A stretch of DNA of 63,270 nucleotides, counting the filler, from Platydemus manokwari (Eukaryota), in assembly GCA_037951405.1 (NCBI GenBank). It is 5 parts of 5 records of this genome, joined end to end, with 100 filler letters (N's around TTAATTAATTAA, not from the genome) between each part and the next. Parts side by side here need not be neighbours in the genome. Positions count along the whole stretch, not along the records: positions 24,246 to 40,602 come from JBBMOY011183655.1; 4 more parts are not named here. One strand, given 5' to 3'. Of this stretch, positions 24,325 to 38,799 are shown piece after piece (the stretch's first letter is position 1; each line of letters begins with the position of its first letter). Position numbers and translations under genes: made by a program. Under the pieces are notes generated by a model, which ran no database searches, was not told the origin of the DNA, and was given only the letters and a program-made list of their open reading frames with translations.

Positions 24325-27300
24325 TCAATATAATCAGTCCGACGGTATCCAGAATAATTCCAGCTGAATAACTCAAAAATACTATCGATACATTGTGTAT
24401 CAATTTTCCTATTCTGTGTATAAATGTATCAATCTTTTTATAGTAATAATTTTATATTTCAATGTATGAAAGTATTAATTTTTAATTACGCTTCGTTGTA
24501 CAAATGTACCAATTTTATCTGTAACATTTTATTTTGAATTGTAACAATTTTTGAAGTATTAATTTTTAATTAGAAAGAAACCTCTGGAAAATAATAAAAA
24601 AAAAATAATAATAATAATAATTGTAAATGGACATGGAAATAATTATGAAAAGTTATAACTTCAAGGATATTGTGAGATAATAGTTTAATATATTATATTA
24701 TTTTTGATGACAACCCATAGTAGAAATTTTATTCTATAGAATTTAACATCAAATCCCCGTGGAATAAATTAAATGTATTTATATTATCCAGTGAGTTCGA
24801 TAATTATTTAACAAACTGATCGGTATTATAAAAGCCTTGAATATCTCTTATTATTTAGTTTTATCTCACATCCTTGGATGTGGTTTTGCTCCAAGAGGAG
24901 TTAATGAATCGTGTCCTTATCCAGAAGTTATGATAGGAATATTCGTGTAAACTGTATTGTTATTTAACCATTGCCATTATTCAGTGTTAATTGTCGTAAT
25001 TTATATTTGGTGTCCGATTGTAATTGCTGTACCAATAAGCGTTTTATAAAACCCAAATTTGTCTGTTTATTGATTGAATAAAGAATTGAGACTGATAGTA
25101 TTAAAATCATTAGATCATTGTTGCCGTTTAGTATTGCCATCATACAATATTAAACGCGAGGTGGAAATAGAAATAGATCGTGCCTTGGGCTTGATCAGAA
25201 CTCTTTCGAGACTGATTAAGACAACAGTGATCTACAACGAGTTAAAATCTGAGACTGATAATAACATTAAAACCAAAACAAGCTAGCCCGAAATGCATCA
25301 AAATAAATAAATTAATCGAGTTAAAAAACTTCACCATTGTTGACCCAAAAATTATAAAACAATTATTCATTTCCATTCAAATAAAATGGGAATATTTTCC
25401 ATTATAAATAGGTTCACAAACATTGAACATGGCCCATAAAGATTACTGAAACTGTTAATACAAGCTCATTTCAAATTTGAAGAACAGCAATATTAATTCG
25501 TTCACGCATAATTCTGGAGAAGGTAATTGCTATAAGTTTTATGTCTTGTTTATTTAAAGAAAGAACTGCCATAGTATGATTGATAATTTGTAATAACCGA
25601 TTCCAGGTTATAAGTAAGAGTCTAATATCCATAAAATTATTTACTTCTATAATAGTTCGTATATTTCTATAGAGCTAGTCTCAGCTTCCTTGAAAAACTA
25701 TTTTGCTCCAATAATATTATAGAGTCCTATTATATTATCTCGGTTCACTAATTGTTAAGTCGTCTATTATTTTAGAGCTTTTTTTTATCAAATATTGTTA
25801 GCTGTTGTCAAATCAATAAATTTTGTTCAATAAAGTTTGACTTTTTCGTTTGCAGCCTATTGCATGTAAGTCTAATCTCATTATCTTTAAAGACTATCAT
25901 TCATTATCATTTCATCAACAACCTCATTTTCTCTGACACGTTGGAGCCTTGTTTCAAAGGTTCACACGGGCACATGCCCGTTCAGTCATAATAAACAGCT
26001 TATCAGAGAGGTGATGGTCGAGGATTTGAATTCAGTAAAAAGACATAATTACACCATGCCATACAAGTGGGTTTTGATCAATCTCAGATGTGAAAGAATA
26101 AAGTCCTCAATTGAAAAATAACAAATCAACAAGGAACACACTAGATCACATACAGATTCCAATTATATAAGACCCGAAAGCAACCCGTAAGCAGTCGAAG
26201 CCAGTGGAAGTTTTGTATCCATGTATAGAGCTGAGTAGCACTGATTAATACAAATATTTCTTTATGTCAACCTTCGTTTGGTTTATTAGCAACAATTATT
26301 CGGTGAGCCTGATATCCATCAAAAATTCACTTTACGAATTTAGATAATCATGAAAAATGTTTAATAAACAGTTTATATTTTCAAATTTATAACTAAGCAG
26401 AGTTTTAATAATAGAAAATTCATTTACCTAAGTAAATTTACTAGAAATCTAATAGGTGATATGCATCACTCCTACATTTATTGAATACTATCACAAATAT
26501 GCAAATATATACATATACACAAAACAAAAATGTTGAGTATTGTAAAATGGCTTACCATGAACGTTTAGTGCCTTTAATAACAATAGATTAATTTATTATA
26601 TTCCACAGACAAATTTATTCCATTTGAGTCTTTTTATTTATGAGAACTGCATATCGCACCTTCAATTTATTATCGACTCAGATTTAATAGAGAAATTCAT
26701 CATCAAAGCTTCTTATTCACGATTATAATCTAAAGATTAAGATTTAAAATTTAAAGACCAGAACAATGTTTCTCTGTAAACAGTTAAAGTATTGGAAGAA
26801 TATATTAAATAAAATTAATAAATCATTTTATTTTATTCAGAACAAAAGGAAATATAGTTGTTTAAATAAATTAATGCCATAAATCAACAAAACAGTTAGT
26901 AATATTATACCACTAACATCAAGAATATTTATAAATTATCAATCAATTTTGCAAAAATAAAGACCACCCCTGGAAATATGGCCGAAAACTAGAAAAAAAT
27001 CAATTAACTCAAAACAAAGTGAAATATTATTCAAAATTTTCATTAGTTGCACTGAAGACGATTTGAAAGCTTGTAAATCAACTTCATAAACAGACGCGAA
27101 ATTAATCTCAGAACTTCTAATCATATCAACACTCAAGTTGACTTCTTTCACCAGTGTTGAGAGAAGATTATGATATAATGTTAATGGCCACTATTAAATT
27201 ATTATGTAATATTGTTTCATTCAACTATGATTTTGATTGATTCAAATCTACAGCGAAGATTTCGAATAAATACAAAATACATGTTGAAAAATATAATTTC

Positions 27301-27616
27301 TGTTTCACATCTTAACGTGAACAGATCCACTTTTAAATTTTCACACAAAACATATTGATATCGATTGGTCTGAAAATTTGAAATCTGTCTAGCCAGAACA
27401 GTGTGACGTTTCAAATATTGACTCCATTGACGGTTGTGATGTGTGTGTAGACGGCATGAAGGGTTAAATAGTACCTGGTTAATAGGACAATTTCATGTTT
27501 CTAGTACAAATATTTAGACAATAGGAAAAGTAAATGAAATATATTAAATGGAAACCTATTAATAGATAATGACGTCAAATTTTACTAATAGAACAAAAAC
27601 GTTTTTGTGTTAATGT

Positions 27617-30600
27617 TCAGTGGAATCTACCGGGTTCAAATGGTTTAAGATCAATAGATTGACATTCTCCCGTGACTATTAACTCTGCGATAGCGTATCC
27701 AGTCCCAGTGGAATTTAAAATACCCCAACAACTGTGACCGGTGGCAATATATGCGCCATCTACATTAGGTATTTGACCAATAACCGGAACCCCGTCTGGT
27801 GATAAAGGCAAATAACAAGCCTGTTCGGCAAGAATTTCTGAACATTCGAGATTGGAACATGTTGAATAAGCAATGTCACGTAATTGACTGCATCTCCATC
27901 TTTCTATTTTGACTTCTGAAGCACAATGTGGCAATTCCTGGAATTTGAAAGTTCATATTAAATCATGAACAAAAGTAGAAAATATTTTAATTGAAAGAAA
28001 ATGTCGAGCTGAAATGTCAACACCGCGGGGATTTAAGTTTCAATACAAAATGATAACGAAGTTATGAATTGGGTAAGGATTCTCGAATTGAAAGACTGAT
28101 GAATTCGAGATGTTTATGAGAATAAATGTTAACGAAAGACTTCAACGTATACATAATTTCGAAATGCTTTATTTGGTAAAATCTACCGACTAATTATTGG
28201 GTAATTTCAATAAATCTTTCCACAAAATAAAGTCGATTTATTATTCATATTACTAGTAAAATAAAATGCAAAATTTTCGTGATATGTCAAGAGGTCAGAT
28301 AAATTTAATCGCAGGTATTGAAAAAATTAATAGAAATAAATTTATGATAAAATTAACCGCTTCATCTCCTAAGCCACTGACATAAACCGTTCCATCGGGC
28401 CGGGGATAAATTTCTGGAGACGTGATACCGCGACTAGTTTGATATTGCAGAAATAAACAATCAGCTGGAATTTCTATAGATTTCGGAACTTTTAAAATAA
28501 TACTGTGAGCTCGATGACCAGTGATTTTAGGAATGGAGCCTGCTGGAAACCAATCCATAGCCTTATATGACCAAGGACCCATTGCAATTATCACTTTGTC
28601 AGCATGAATTGTTCGTCCAGACTCTAATTTTACTGATTTAATAACAGAGATCGTATTAGAATTGTCGAATTCTACTCCAATTACAGTATCGTAAATGACA
28701 CGCGTTGCGTTATTTGTTAATTTCTTTGCTTCATCTAGGAATTTTTTACAAAGTTTTTTTGGATGAACCTACAAATACTCCAACAATCACAAAAGAAACA
28801 ATTAATTAAATAATAGAAACAAATAAAATATATAAAATTACATTCTACCAATTTGTTAATATTACCTTATCCAACCAAGAAAAACAGTGATATTAATCGA
28901 GTTTATTAAAGAACTAATTAAAATAATTGGTCAAACGAGAACTCTCAATTTATCTTTATATATATTTTGAAAATCTCAAGTGGGTTTTTTAAAATTAGAT
29001 ATTTTACAATTAACTTCATTCCATCTATTTAACCAAACAAATTTAAACATACTGGACTAGTGGTGCAAAATATTTAAAAAAATTTTCAATAATATTAAAC
29101 GACAGTTGGTTAACCGAGTTTCAATGTATTGTGACAATAATAATAATAATAATTTTATTATGATTATTAATGGAAAAATAATTGTAAAATAAGCATATTG
29201 AAACTGATGTCACAATTTCGAGCAAGAATAACAGTCGTCAACGAAATTTAAAGGTTTTATACATGGAATAAAAGTTAGTGAGTCTTGCATATTTGAGTTC
29301 AAATCTCGTTTTAGATTTTCTAAAAACAAAGGATTTTTCCAGGTAAGGTATTTGAAATTTCGATAATATGTTTGAATACAAAAATACTAACAAAAACAGA
29401 TTTGTTTCTAATAGTCATCAATCACGCCTTTTTCGAATTAGTATTTGATGATTTTTAAATCTTTGCGTTTTAGACTTCTGAAAAATGTCGTGAATTGTAT
29501 TAATCATCCAATTTCGTTCTCCTATACATGTCGCTAAGTGACATTTAAATTTCAAAGAAAACCTTTACATTTATCAATAGAAAGTGCTACATTTTCGATC
29601 AAAGATTAGATATCTACACAAAATATTCTCATATTTGTTGTATATGTTTCTGATTGAATGATCAACTCGTACTAGGCACATTAGTTTAGCAGTTTCCATC
29701 TTTTAATAATAAATACCAAACTGAAGAATAGTGTTTATTCTAAGATCAGTTTAAAAGCTAGTCCAACATAGGAAACCTGCAAAGAATTTGTAATTACTAC
29801 TTGGGAAATGACAAAGCAGAAAATGTGAACTTGGTGGATGATTTTTTAAGGGGTCATAAGACTATTTGATACAATATATCACTAAAAATTCATTCTTCAC
29901 ATTCACATTTGATTTCTTTCTTTAAAACCTTCAAGCTGTTACTGACAAGGAAGGTGAACTTGTTCCATCAGGAAATTTTAAGTAAAGATACTCTTTATAA
30001 AGGAAAGTGGAATCCAATGATACTGGACGACTACTGTTGGACTCTAAAAGGAAAAGTTCCTGTTGCAAACTATGGTAGAAAATCTAATATTTTTATATTA
30101 TAAGACAAGATTTATTACATTTTACATAAATATGTTTTCACGTGAATTGTAAAAATTTCAAAAACCTGATCTAAAACAATCTTACAAGATAGAAAAAAAA
30201 TGAATGATCTTAATTCTGCTCAAAAAATATACAAAAGAAAAATCCATTTTCATCCAAGGAACAAAATATTTGTTGATTAGTGTAATTTTAATGAATAAAA
30301 ATTCAAATCGTTGTAAACATAGATTTTGTTGGTTTAATTATTCTTGTCATTAGCAATCACAATGTCTGTTTCCGTATTAATATGTTTCTTATTTTAAGCC
30401 AATCATCTCATTCTAATTGCTTCCGCATTGATATACAAAGTTTGCACACATGCTAACAAAATGTTTCAATAATTCTACAATTTACTTCTCAAAACCTATT
30501 TTCATAACTGTCAATTTTAATATCTGATAATAGATGATATAAAATTTGATAGAATACGAAATGTTTGAAAATATTCTTATGATTGCAAATTGTAAGATAG

Positions 30601-33600
30601 AGAATTTAGGATAAATATACGTCCAAATTGATCATGAAAACTTATTACATTTGATCTAGGGTGATAGTCAGATAATATTGATAAAACAGCATTACATTAT
30701 TAACACTAGTTTATGTTTGATTGTATAAAATAATTCGCATAATTAACCAATACTGATTATTTATATTAAATCATTATACAATCATTAGAATAATTCCATA
30801 CAATTTCTAAACTAGATTACTGACATAAATTCATCAAGCAATAATATACCAATCCAATACAGATCCTTAAAAAGTACAAAATGAAAAAGTTCATTTTTAG
30901 AAACAAAAGAAATTCAAAGAAACTTATAGATTTAATATTACATTACACCATATATTATTGACAGATTCAAATACTTTTTCAAAAAGAAGTACTGCGAAAG
31001 AAATGACTCGAAAACAAAAATGGGATTGAAAATTATTTATTTATTGATATAAATCGTAAGATTAATTTGTATTTATAATTAATATTTTATTACAAGTTCA
31101 ATAATTTCGTGTTGGTAATATAATTTGCTATTAATATTCAAGAAATGTCGAGGCACTAACATTAAAAATGTACTTGAACGATTGATAAACATTTCAGATT
31201 TCACAATCATTATATTACACGAACGATAAGAATTATTTTATTATTAAATATTGGAAAATAGGTCATATTACGGACACAATTGGTCGTTGATTGATTATAA
31301 ATAAATAAATATATATAAATAAAATATTTCGAAAATTATTATGAGACAATCGATAATTATCCGAATCGAATTTCAATTATCAGAAACGAATACTTGAAAA
31401 CTATTGGTTATAAATAATTAATATACCATTGAATATTATCATTGTAAGCATTATCGCAATAGATAAATGGCTTATCTAGAAATATTTCAGGAAATGAATT
31501 CATTGTTTATTATCGAAAGATATTGACTGTAATAAAAGAATATATCAAATATTCCATTGTTGATAAATTATATGGCCATTCTAGTAAACATTGAAAAAAA
31601 TCACGAAACTATTTTAATAAATTTATAATTGTTCCATCAACAACTAATAGCCTGGAAACTTTAGGGTTTAAAAATTAAAACGTAAGAAATTATAAATGCT
31701 CGTATTAATTAATGTTTATAATATAATTATACTATTATTAGTACTAATGTTAGTAAAGAAATATAATTAAGCTAACATAAATTAAAAGAAATAATTAGAG
31801 CTTATTATTATTATTATTTAGTTATTGTTGATATTTGAGAACTGAATACCGGGTTTGAAAAACTTGCTCTCTCTCGTGATATATAATTCCGAAATCTTTC
31901 ATTTTGTAGACTCCATCAAAAACAGACCGAATGATAAGAAGTGATGATAAATTAATTATAATTCCTTTTTAACAGCAACAAGAATGCTATAAATTAATCC
32001 TCCTACTACAGTGAATTTAGGGTTGAATTGCTAGGATTTACTTGTGCTTTGTTTATCACCAATATGCTAATGCTTCCAATCTCTAATAAGTCTTTTGAAA
32101 TCATAGGATTCCCTTTTATAAGTTGTTATAAATTAAATACAACATATATTCTCAACGAGAAATCGCAAATATCTTCTTATTGAACAATACATATAACGTA
32201 AGCATATATATATATATGGTGGTCCAAAAGTAGGTTTACAGTTATTAAACTATATTTCATATGGTTGAAGTTACTTGCTTATTAATACCAATATAAATAA
32301 ATGTTAAAGGAGGATATTTTGAGCATCTGAGAGATTATATTGTTTATGTTAACGAGTATAATGAATTTCCCGCTGTGTCGCCAGAACAGAATTTTCAAAT
32401 AAATAGTCTACGTGATTAGTGTAAATCTACTTTTGAGCCACCCTGTATATTATGAATCAATTATTACTTTTTTGAAAATCATAAATATATAATCATATTA
32501 TTATCATAATTAATATAGTTATTATTTCTATTAATATCAATAAATAAAATCATTCTCGAAAAAATATATCCGATCGCAATTTATCCATAATTTAGAAAAC
32601 CAAATCAACATAATACACTCTCTCAACAAGGTATGATTTATACAAATAGAATTTCATGTTCAAAACAAGTATAACAAAGCTAACACTGTCGATCCAATAT
32701 ACGTGATTGGTGAGAAAAATCTATAGAAATTCATTGAACAATTGGTTATATTTAATTTCTGGAAAATTAATACTAAAACGACCTGGTACTAGTTTCATAT
32801 ATACATATACTAGGCATTCATATACATGAAATATGCCTAGATATTGTGTCAGAGAAATATATTTAAATTGCTTATTGATTGGCTGAAAACATTTCAAATA
32901 TAACATAGAAATCGTTGTAGTTAGGGATTTTTATGGCACACTGAGGAAACTATTAAACTGTTGACACATATAAGCAAATGGTAACACCAATATTTCTAAT
33001 CCGGAAATTCAATAACTTTGTGAAAATGATCTATTTGAAAATCTATTTCAATCATCATTTAATTGTCAAGATAAAAAAATATTCACCAATAAAAAAATAC
33101 TAAAATTCATATCAATAATAGTAGTATGTTATTAGTAGTATTTTATTATTGTTAAAAATTAAAACTCTTCAAACATAAAATGTTCGCTTAATGGAACTTT
33201 ATCCATGATTGGTGATATTATAAATGGAAAATTTTTATTCATCTCGAAGCAAATGGTAATCATTTTATGAGCATCACAAATACTAGATTTCGAAACTAAA
33301 TTAAGATTTAATATTTTGGCATAATGACGAAATTGGATATTCTAATATTAGTAATTTTTTTCGTTAGTTACTCATGTAAAGTTATTGAAAATCCCCACTC
33401 CATTCTTTACTAAAATAATCGAATAATCAATTCAATATCTTATCATAGATAACAATATAATGATTCTTGTAATAATAATCACAGTGAGAAATATGCCAAT
33501 ATGAAACCGAAATCCAAATTTCACAAGGGTTCACAGGATCAATCGATAATAATTAAACTTAAATAAAATGACCATAGATTGGAATTCATCAATGAACTAA

Positions 33601-35431
33601 TCTGATACAGATGAGTATAAACAATTAGAAAAAGTTCTATCTGTGTACTACTTGGTAGAATTGTCAATAATTTATTCAGCAAACCACTACAACCATTTCA
33701 TGGCGATCACAAAAATAGATAAACGAAACAAAAGGAGAATAAAAGTTTTCAAAGAGTAGAGAAATGCTAAGATAAAAACAGATAAAAGAAGAATGTGAGA
33801 AATGGTAAATGATAAAGCAAATAACCGCGTGTTTGAGCCTTCAATTGAGATAAAATGTCCTAACTCAAAGGTGCGCCTCTTAAGAGAGGCGCGAAACACT
33901 ATATTGGGGGAATCTAAAATATTTAATTATAAAATAAAATTTTATTTTATATTTGCATTATTTTATTCAATTAACTGCAATTTTTATGTTGTGATAAAAT
34001 TATTAATTAATAAAAAAGCATAATTTGAATTATATCTTGTTATGAAGAAGATATTTATTTCATTGAAATAGTATTTCATATGGGAGTTATGACCTATTAC
34101 AGGGTCCATTTTAAGGGCATCAGTAGCTAATATAAAAAACGGATGTGCAATTTAAAAAGTTTGCGCATCCCTCCCCTAACTGATACTGATGAATAGAAAG
34201 AACTACAAAGCTCTTATATCGATCGATTATCCATTGAGATTATTTCAATCAGTGAACTCGTGTGACCTTATAATTATAAGTCTTCACAAAATTAAAACAA
34301 AAATGAAAAAAAAACCATATCGATAAATTATCAAATTTCAATCAAAAGAATCACTACAAAAACAGGCATAAAATTAACTGAAAAATAATTGCATTTTATT
34401 CGTCATTATATTTATCAAATAATAAACAATTATAATTCATATGAATGAAAATAAATCACGATAAATAAATAATATTAATTGAAAAATAAACCTAAATGAT
34501 AAATCATCACAAACAATATCGAACAGACGGCTAAAATCATTGGCTGATCGTCGCAACATGAATAATCGTCATCATCATCGTCATTATCATTTATAATATT
34601 GACAAATATCAGTCTCATGTTTAGAAGTGATGATAATCAATGAACCATGAAAACAGACACAAAGCTCACAAATAAATAAATAAATAAACTCCTAATCATT
34701 GATTGTACCGGTTAATGTATTGTTTTTTTTTAATTTTCCATGAAATATTTATATATAACACCACATCTATTATGAAGCACATTATCCAATGACAATAGTA
34801 ATAAATTCTGCAAATATTCAATAATAAATACACCAGGTCAAATAAGTTGATGATGTGATAATGATTGCAATTTTATCTCATGAGATTCAATGATATAAAA
34901 ATGAAACAATATTTTTACATTAAACACATCGATAATTATCGATCGTTTTTCTTGGGGGTAATTTTCTATCAAATGGTGAAATATGCAATTAATATTTCCC
35001 TACCTGACATGTATTATCACTGTTTTCCAACAATGAACATTTCGAAATCGGTCCATCGATCCAACCCAATTCATTCGCAACATTGTTTCTAGCCATTGAA
35101 TGCACTGTGCTTGATAAAATAAAACACCCTTCACAAGACATTACCAAATTCACAAACTTTTATCAAGAAATGCTGAATATGTATTCACATTCCGATAGTC
35201 TACGTCGGGAAAAACGGTGGAAAGTTGCAAATGCAATTTGTAACTGAGCTTCGCTAGATCATTGCAAACATTCGATTCACACCAGGTTCTTGCTAAAAAT
35301 CCACCAGCCCTACCAGAGGCTGCACAAGCGATTTCTTCTTGTTCGACGACGATACAAGATATATTTTGCTTAGCAAGAAAATATGCACAAGATGTACCGA
35401 TTATTCCGCCGCCACAAATAACGACTTTCAT
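27617..35431 (-). CDS. FAD-dependent oxidoreductase, DAO family (yeast TDA3-like); exons ~35431-35158, 35104-35004, 28768-28358, 27937-27617
   Basis: N-terminal Rossmann motif MKVVICGGGIIG, then ACAASGRAGGFLA, WIDG...TCQ|VHP, AMGPWS, PEIYPRPDGTVYV, QACYLP...DGVPVIG and ATGHSCWGILN. The splice junctions are in phase; one intron is ~6.2 kb (28769-35003). Confidence 0.92.
29700..30285 (+). mobile_element. Chapaev3-like (CMC) DNA transposon remnant, 3' part with terminus
   Basis: Reads ISLKIHSSHSHL..., D-KEGELFHQEI and YKGKWNPMILDDYCWTL, the GERFHQ...ADYCW transposase signature. It ends in tttgttgattagtg followed by taa, i.e. a CAC-type terminus. The superfamily assignment is from recall. Confidence 0.7.
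32213..32447 (+). mobile_element. Tc1/mariner-derived MITE (~235 bp)
   Basis: Imperfect terminal inverted repeats ggtggtccaaaagtaggtttaca and tgtaaatctacttttgagccacc, with TA flanks. The interior encodes VKGGYFEHL, like a transposase C-terminus. Confidence 0.8.
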
Positions 35432-36989
35432 TTGAAATCTAAAAAGAATGTGATATTATAAAATTAAGAAATTTGAACTTTATTTAGTTTAATATTAATT
35501 GATTTGAACAATTGTTCTTTATATTTAATTATAATAATTTGTTAAATTTAATATTCTTTTCATTTGAAATAAAATCAACTAGATTATAAATTTAAATAGA
35601 TAATTTGTTTTCAATATTATTTGTTTTGTAATTCTACTTTAAAAATCTCAAATAATCTTTTACAAAGCTATTGTTTACTTACATACTGAAAAGACGGATT
35701 TTTCTACTAGCAGCGCATTCATTTTGTTCATTTTTTCATTCATTATTCGGTTATTAAATTCATTAAAATAATTACTTAAATTCAATATAATCATGTAGAC
35801 TGATCGTTAAAGGTATTTTAACAACGGCCTAGTAATAATTTATTAGCAGATATCAAATATACATTCAGCTGCCATCAGGCTTACAAATTACTAATTTGAA
35901 TCTCAATTTTTAATATTATTTATACTTGGTTTCTACTAAGTGAAACAAATGTTCAAGTGAAATAAAATTTAAAGAGAAAAATTATGTTTATATCAAATAA
36001 CTCAAAACAAATTTTAATAGTAATTATAATCAATTAAAGAGTGGCTTTGTGTGCATGTACTTTATGATTGATAGAATTTGATGATGTATCTAATTATTAA
36101 TGCTGCTGAAGCTGAGATATAAATTAATTAATACCATCAATATTTGACTGTTAGCAGTCTCGTAACGTAAGTTACACGTCACTACTCGATTAAATATCAA
36201 TATTGTTGGGTACACACCAGATAGGATAATATCGTTTAGTATTGAAAATCATTAAGATAGAATTGTTTGAACGATTTAAGACATTTTCAGTATTGTTCTC
36301 TCAAACACAATAAAAAACAGAGTATTGTAAATCGAATTGAGAGGAAAATGGTTACTAAAACTCTGCTATTGTTCTTAATAAATGATATTTCGATCGGATC
36401 AACAATCTATCAGTCTCACTATTACTGATAAACGAGATAGTCAAAAATACTTTTCATCTAGATTATAAGCTCTAAAATGGTAGATACAACAAGTTTATCA
36501 CCGAATATCTCTCAAATCTTGAAGGTTCAAATGACAAATCAAGAAAAGTTTATTCACCTATAAATACTGACGACAGATAAAAATCCAAACATTCATCACT
36601 GTCACGACAAGAACTGTCATTATTCATAGAATTCTATTTAAAGTCGACTATTTTAGAGAGTTTTATTTTGTACATTTTTAACGATGGGTCCCAAAACTCG
36701 AAGGAAAGCATTGGAACTTTGGATTTAAATTAAATAGGTTTCATGATAAAAGTATTTATTTTATAATCAAAAAATCGGTAATTTTGATTTCACGAGCTTT
36801 TCTAAATATAATTCAAAAGTTTATTCTGAATGCACAAAATTCTTTTAAAGAATCTGAACTAAATATTCTAATATTTTCCTCTAATTTTTCTAGTAAAAAT
36901 ATCAGAAATCTAGTTTCCATCAAAAATTATTGCTTTAAAAATCACACGCGTTTTCTCGAATATTTAAAAAATCTGAGATTTATCTAACT

Positions 36990-38715
36990 TCCCTCTCCCG
37001 TTGTTTTGAAATCTTTCTTAGCCACTTAATTTTTCGAGGTTTTTGATTTCCCCAAAAATAAAGAAGCACTTGATGTAGGCTCTAAAATTCCAATGCTGTA
37101 AGCAACTTCATAAGGATCCCCGTTTTTCTTTATTCTGTGTTGTTCTTACTTCATTTAAACTTCTTCTCCAACAAGGAAAATTCTGCAACCTCTTTTTTTA
37201 CCATGGAATTTCCTTAAGTTTGCGGGTATTGATTCTAGCTGGGATCCAACTATTGGGATCCTTAATTTCATTCGACACAATATGTGTGTATTGAATAATA
37301 TATCAGCCACTCGAACATTAGAATTTCTAATTTACGGCTCTCCAATGAGCCTCCATTTGCTCTCATTCGTTACTGTTATCGATGCACCAGAATCCTATAA
37401 CATTTCAATATGTGTATCGTTGTACTCAGTTTTACTCAACTGTCTAACATCTGCGTTCTGATACATCTGTGAGTGCTTCCTCTTGCTGTCTTTTTTTTAC
37501 TTTTATTTATCTCTAGTTGATATGTGTCCTATTGATAAAACATCACTGACGAGATAGGAATAAGAGATTGATGCCATTTTTTGTTCTCCACGGAGAGTGA
37601 GCTAAAACAATCAGATGCTTCACTTTCAGTTTGAATATTGGCTTCATCTTCCTCATCATAGATGTATAGTATTTTCTCCAAAGTATTGTAACTAGGTTTT
37701 CTGACTAAATGACATTCTCTGAATATATACCCTTCATTTCCGTATATTAAACATTTATTCTTCAGTGGGTATTCAAACTTCCGGTGTCCAAGCTCACCAC
37801 AGCAAAAGCAAGCTCTTGGTTTTAAATAATCACCACGTGGTGTGGATTTTCCTCTACAGTCGTTGTAAAATTTAGACCCAATAGCCTTCATTGAACCAGT
37901 TGATCTTGTATTTTTTGGATATTACATGTGATTAACTTATCTACGATGATATTCCTTTACACTAAAATCTCTTCACTGCATTATTACGCATAAATTTTTG
38001 AAAGAAATCTCTTTTTGAAGAGTTTTTCTTGGGTTACTTTCAAATATTAAATGAGCATATGTCTTCTTGATGGTTTTTATCAGCTTCATCGTGGTTAACT
38101 TTTCCAGATTGACAGTCAACTCTCTTCTTTTATGATTGGACATTGTAGGGTCGAAAGTAAAAATCTCTTTCAATTTCTTGCTATTTAGATCTTGCAGAAT
38201 AAGTAGTCTTGAAATTTCTCCAAGAGTGTTTTTCTTGCCAAATATCTCCGTCACTAATTTCTTTGCCCAAAGTTCATAACTTCGGTACTTCTCATCTGGC
38301 CTTTTCCACATTATTGCCAAATCCTGAACCTTGTCGTACACTGTTTTGGTATGTCAGAAATTTTCCAAAAGCTATTTCTCAATTTCTTCATTTGAAACAA
38401 TTTCCTTGAAACTGCCTAATTCTTGCCACAATTGTTTGGCGTTATCTCCAACAGCATGTCAAATGCAAATGATAGTTCCGTTTGTTTGGAACCATTTTTC
38501 ATTGTCTTAAATTAATGCATCGAATCAATAACTCCTGAGTTTTTGGTACAAATTCTCAAAAGTATTCTGCCTCTCTTCTCATTTGGCTCTCGTAAGAGCA
38601 TTTATTTCGGCATGTTGTCCAGCAAAAACATCGGATGTTTCCATCAAAATTAATTATTTTTAAAATCACACGCGTTTTCTCGAATATTTAAATAAATCTA
38701 AGATTTATCTAACTT
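36990..38715 (-). mobile_element. Decayed Ty3/Gypsy-type LTR retrotransposon (gag with zinc knuckles and aspartic protease)
   Basis: Two degenerate CCHC knuckles (CFCCGELGHRKFEYP; CLIYGNEGYIFRECH), a protease-like DSGASITV near 37370-37400, and many stops and frameshifts. Confidence 0.8.
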
Positions 38716-38799
38716 TTTAAATTATTTTAAAACTTCTGAAGTTTCAACATCGTTTATGATGTCTTTGCAATTTTAAAATTGAATGTTTTTAATCCTATC

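Noticed and set aside
27400-27468. AGGG-TTAA end resembling a piggyBac terminus
   Set aside because: No matching opposite end or transposase was found.
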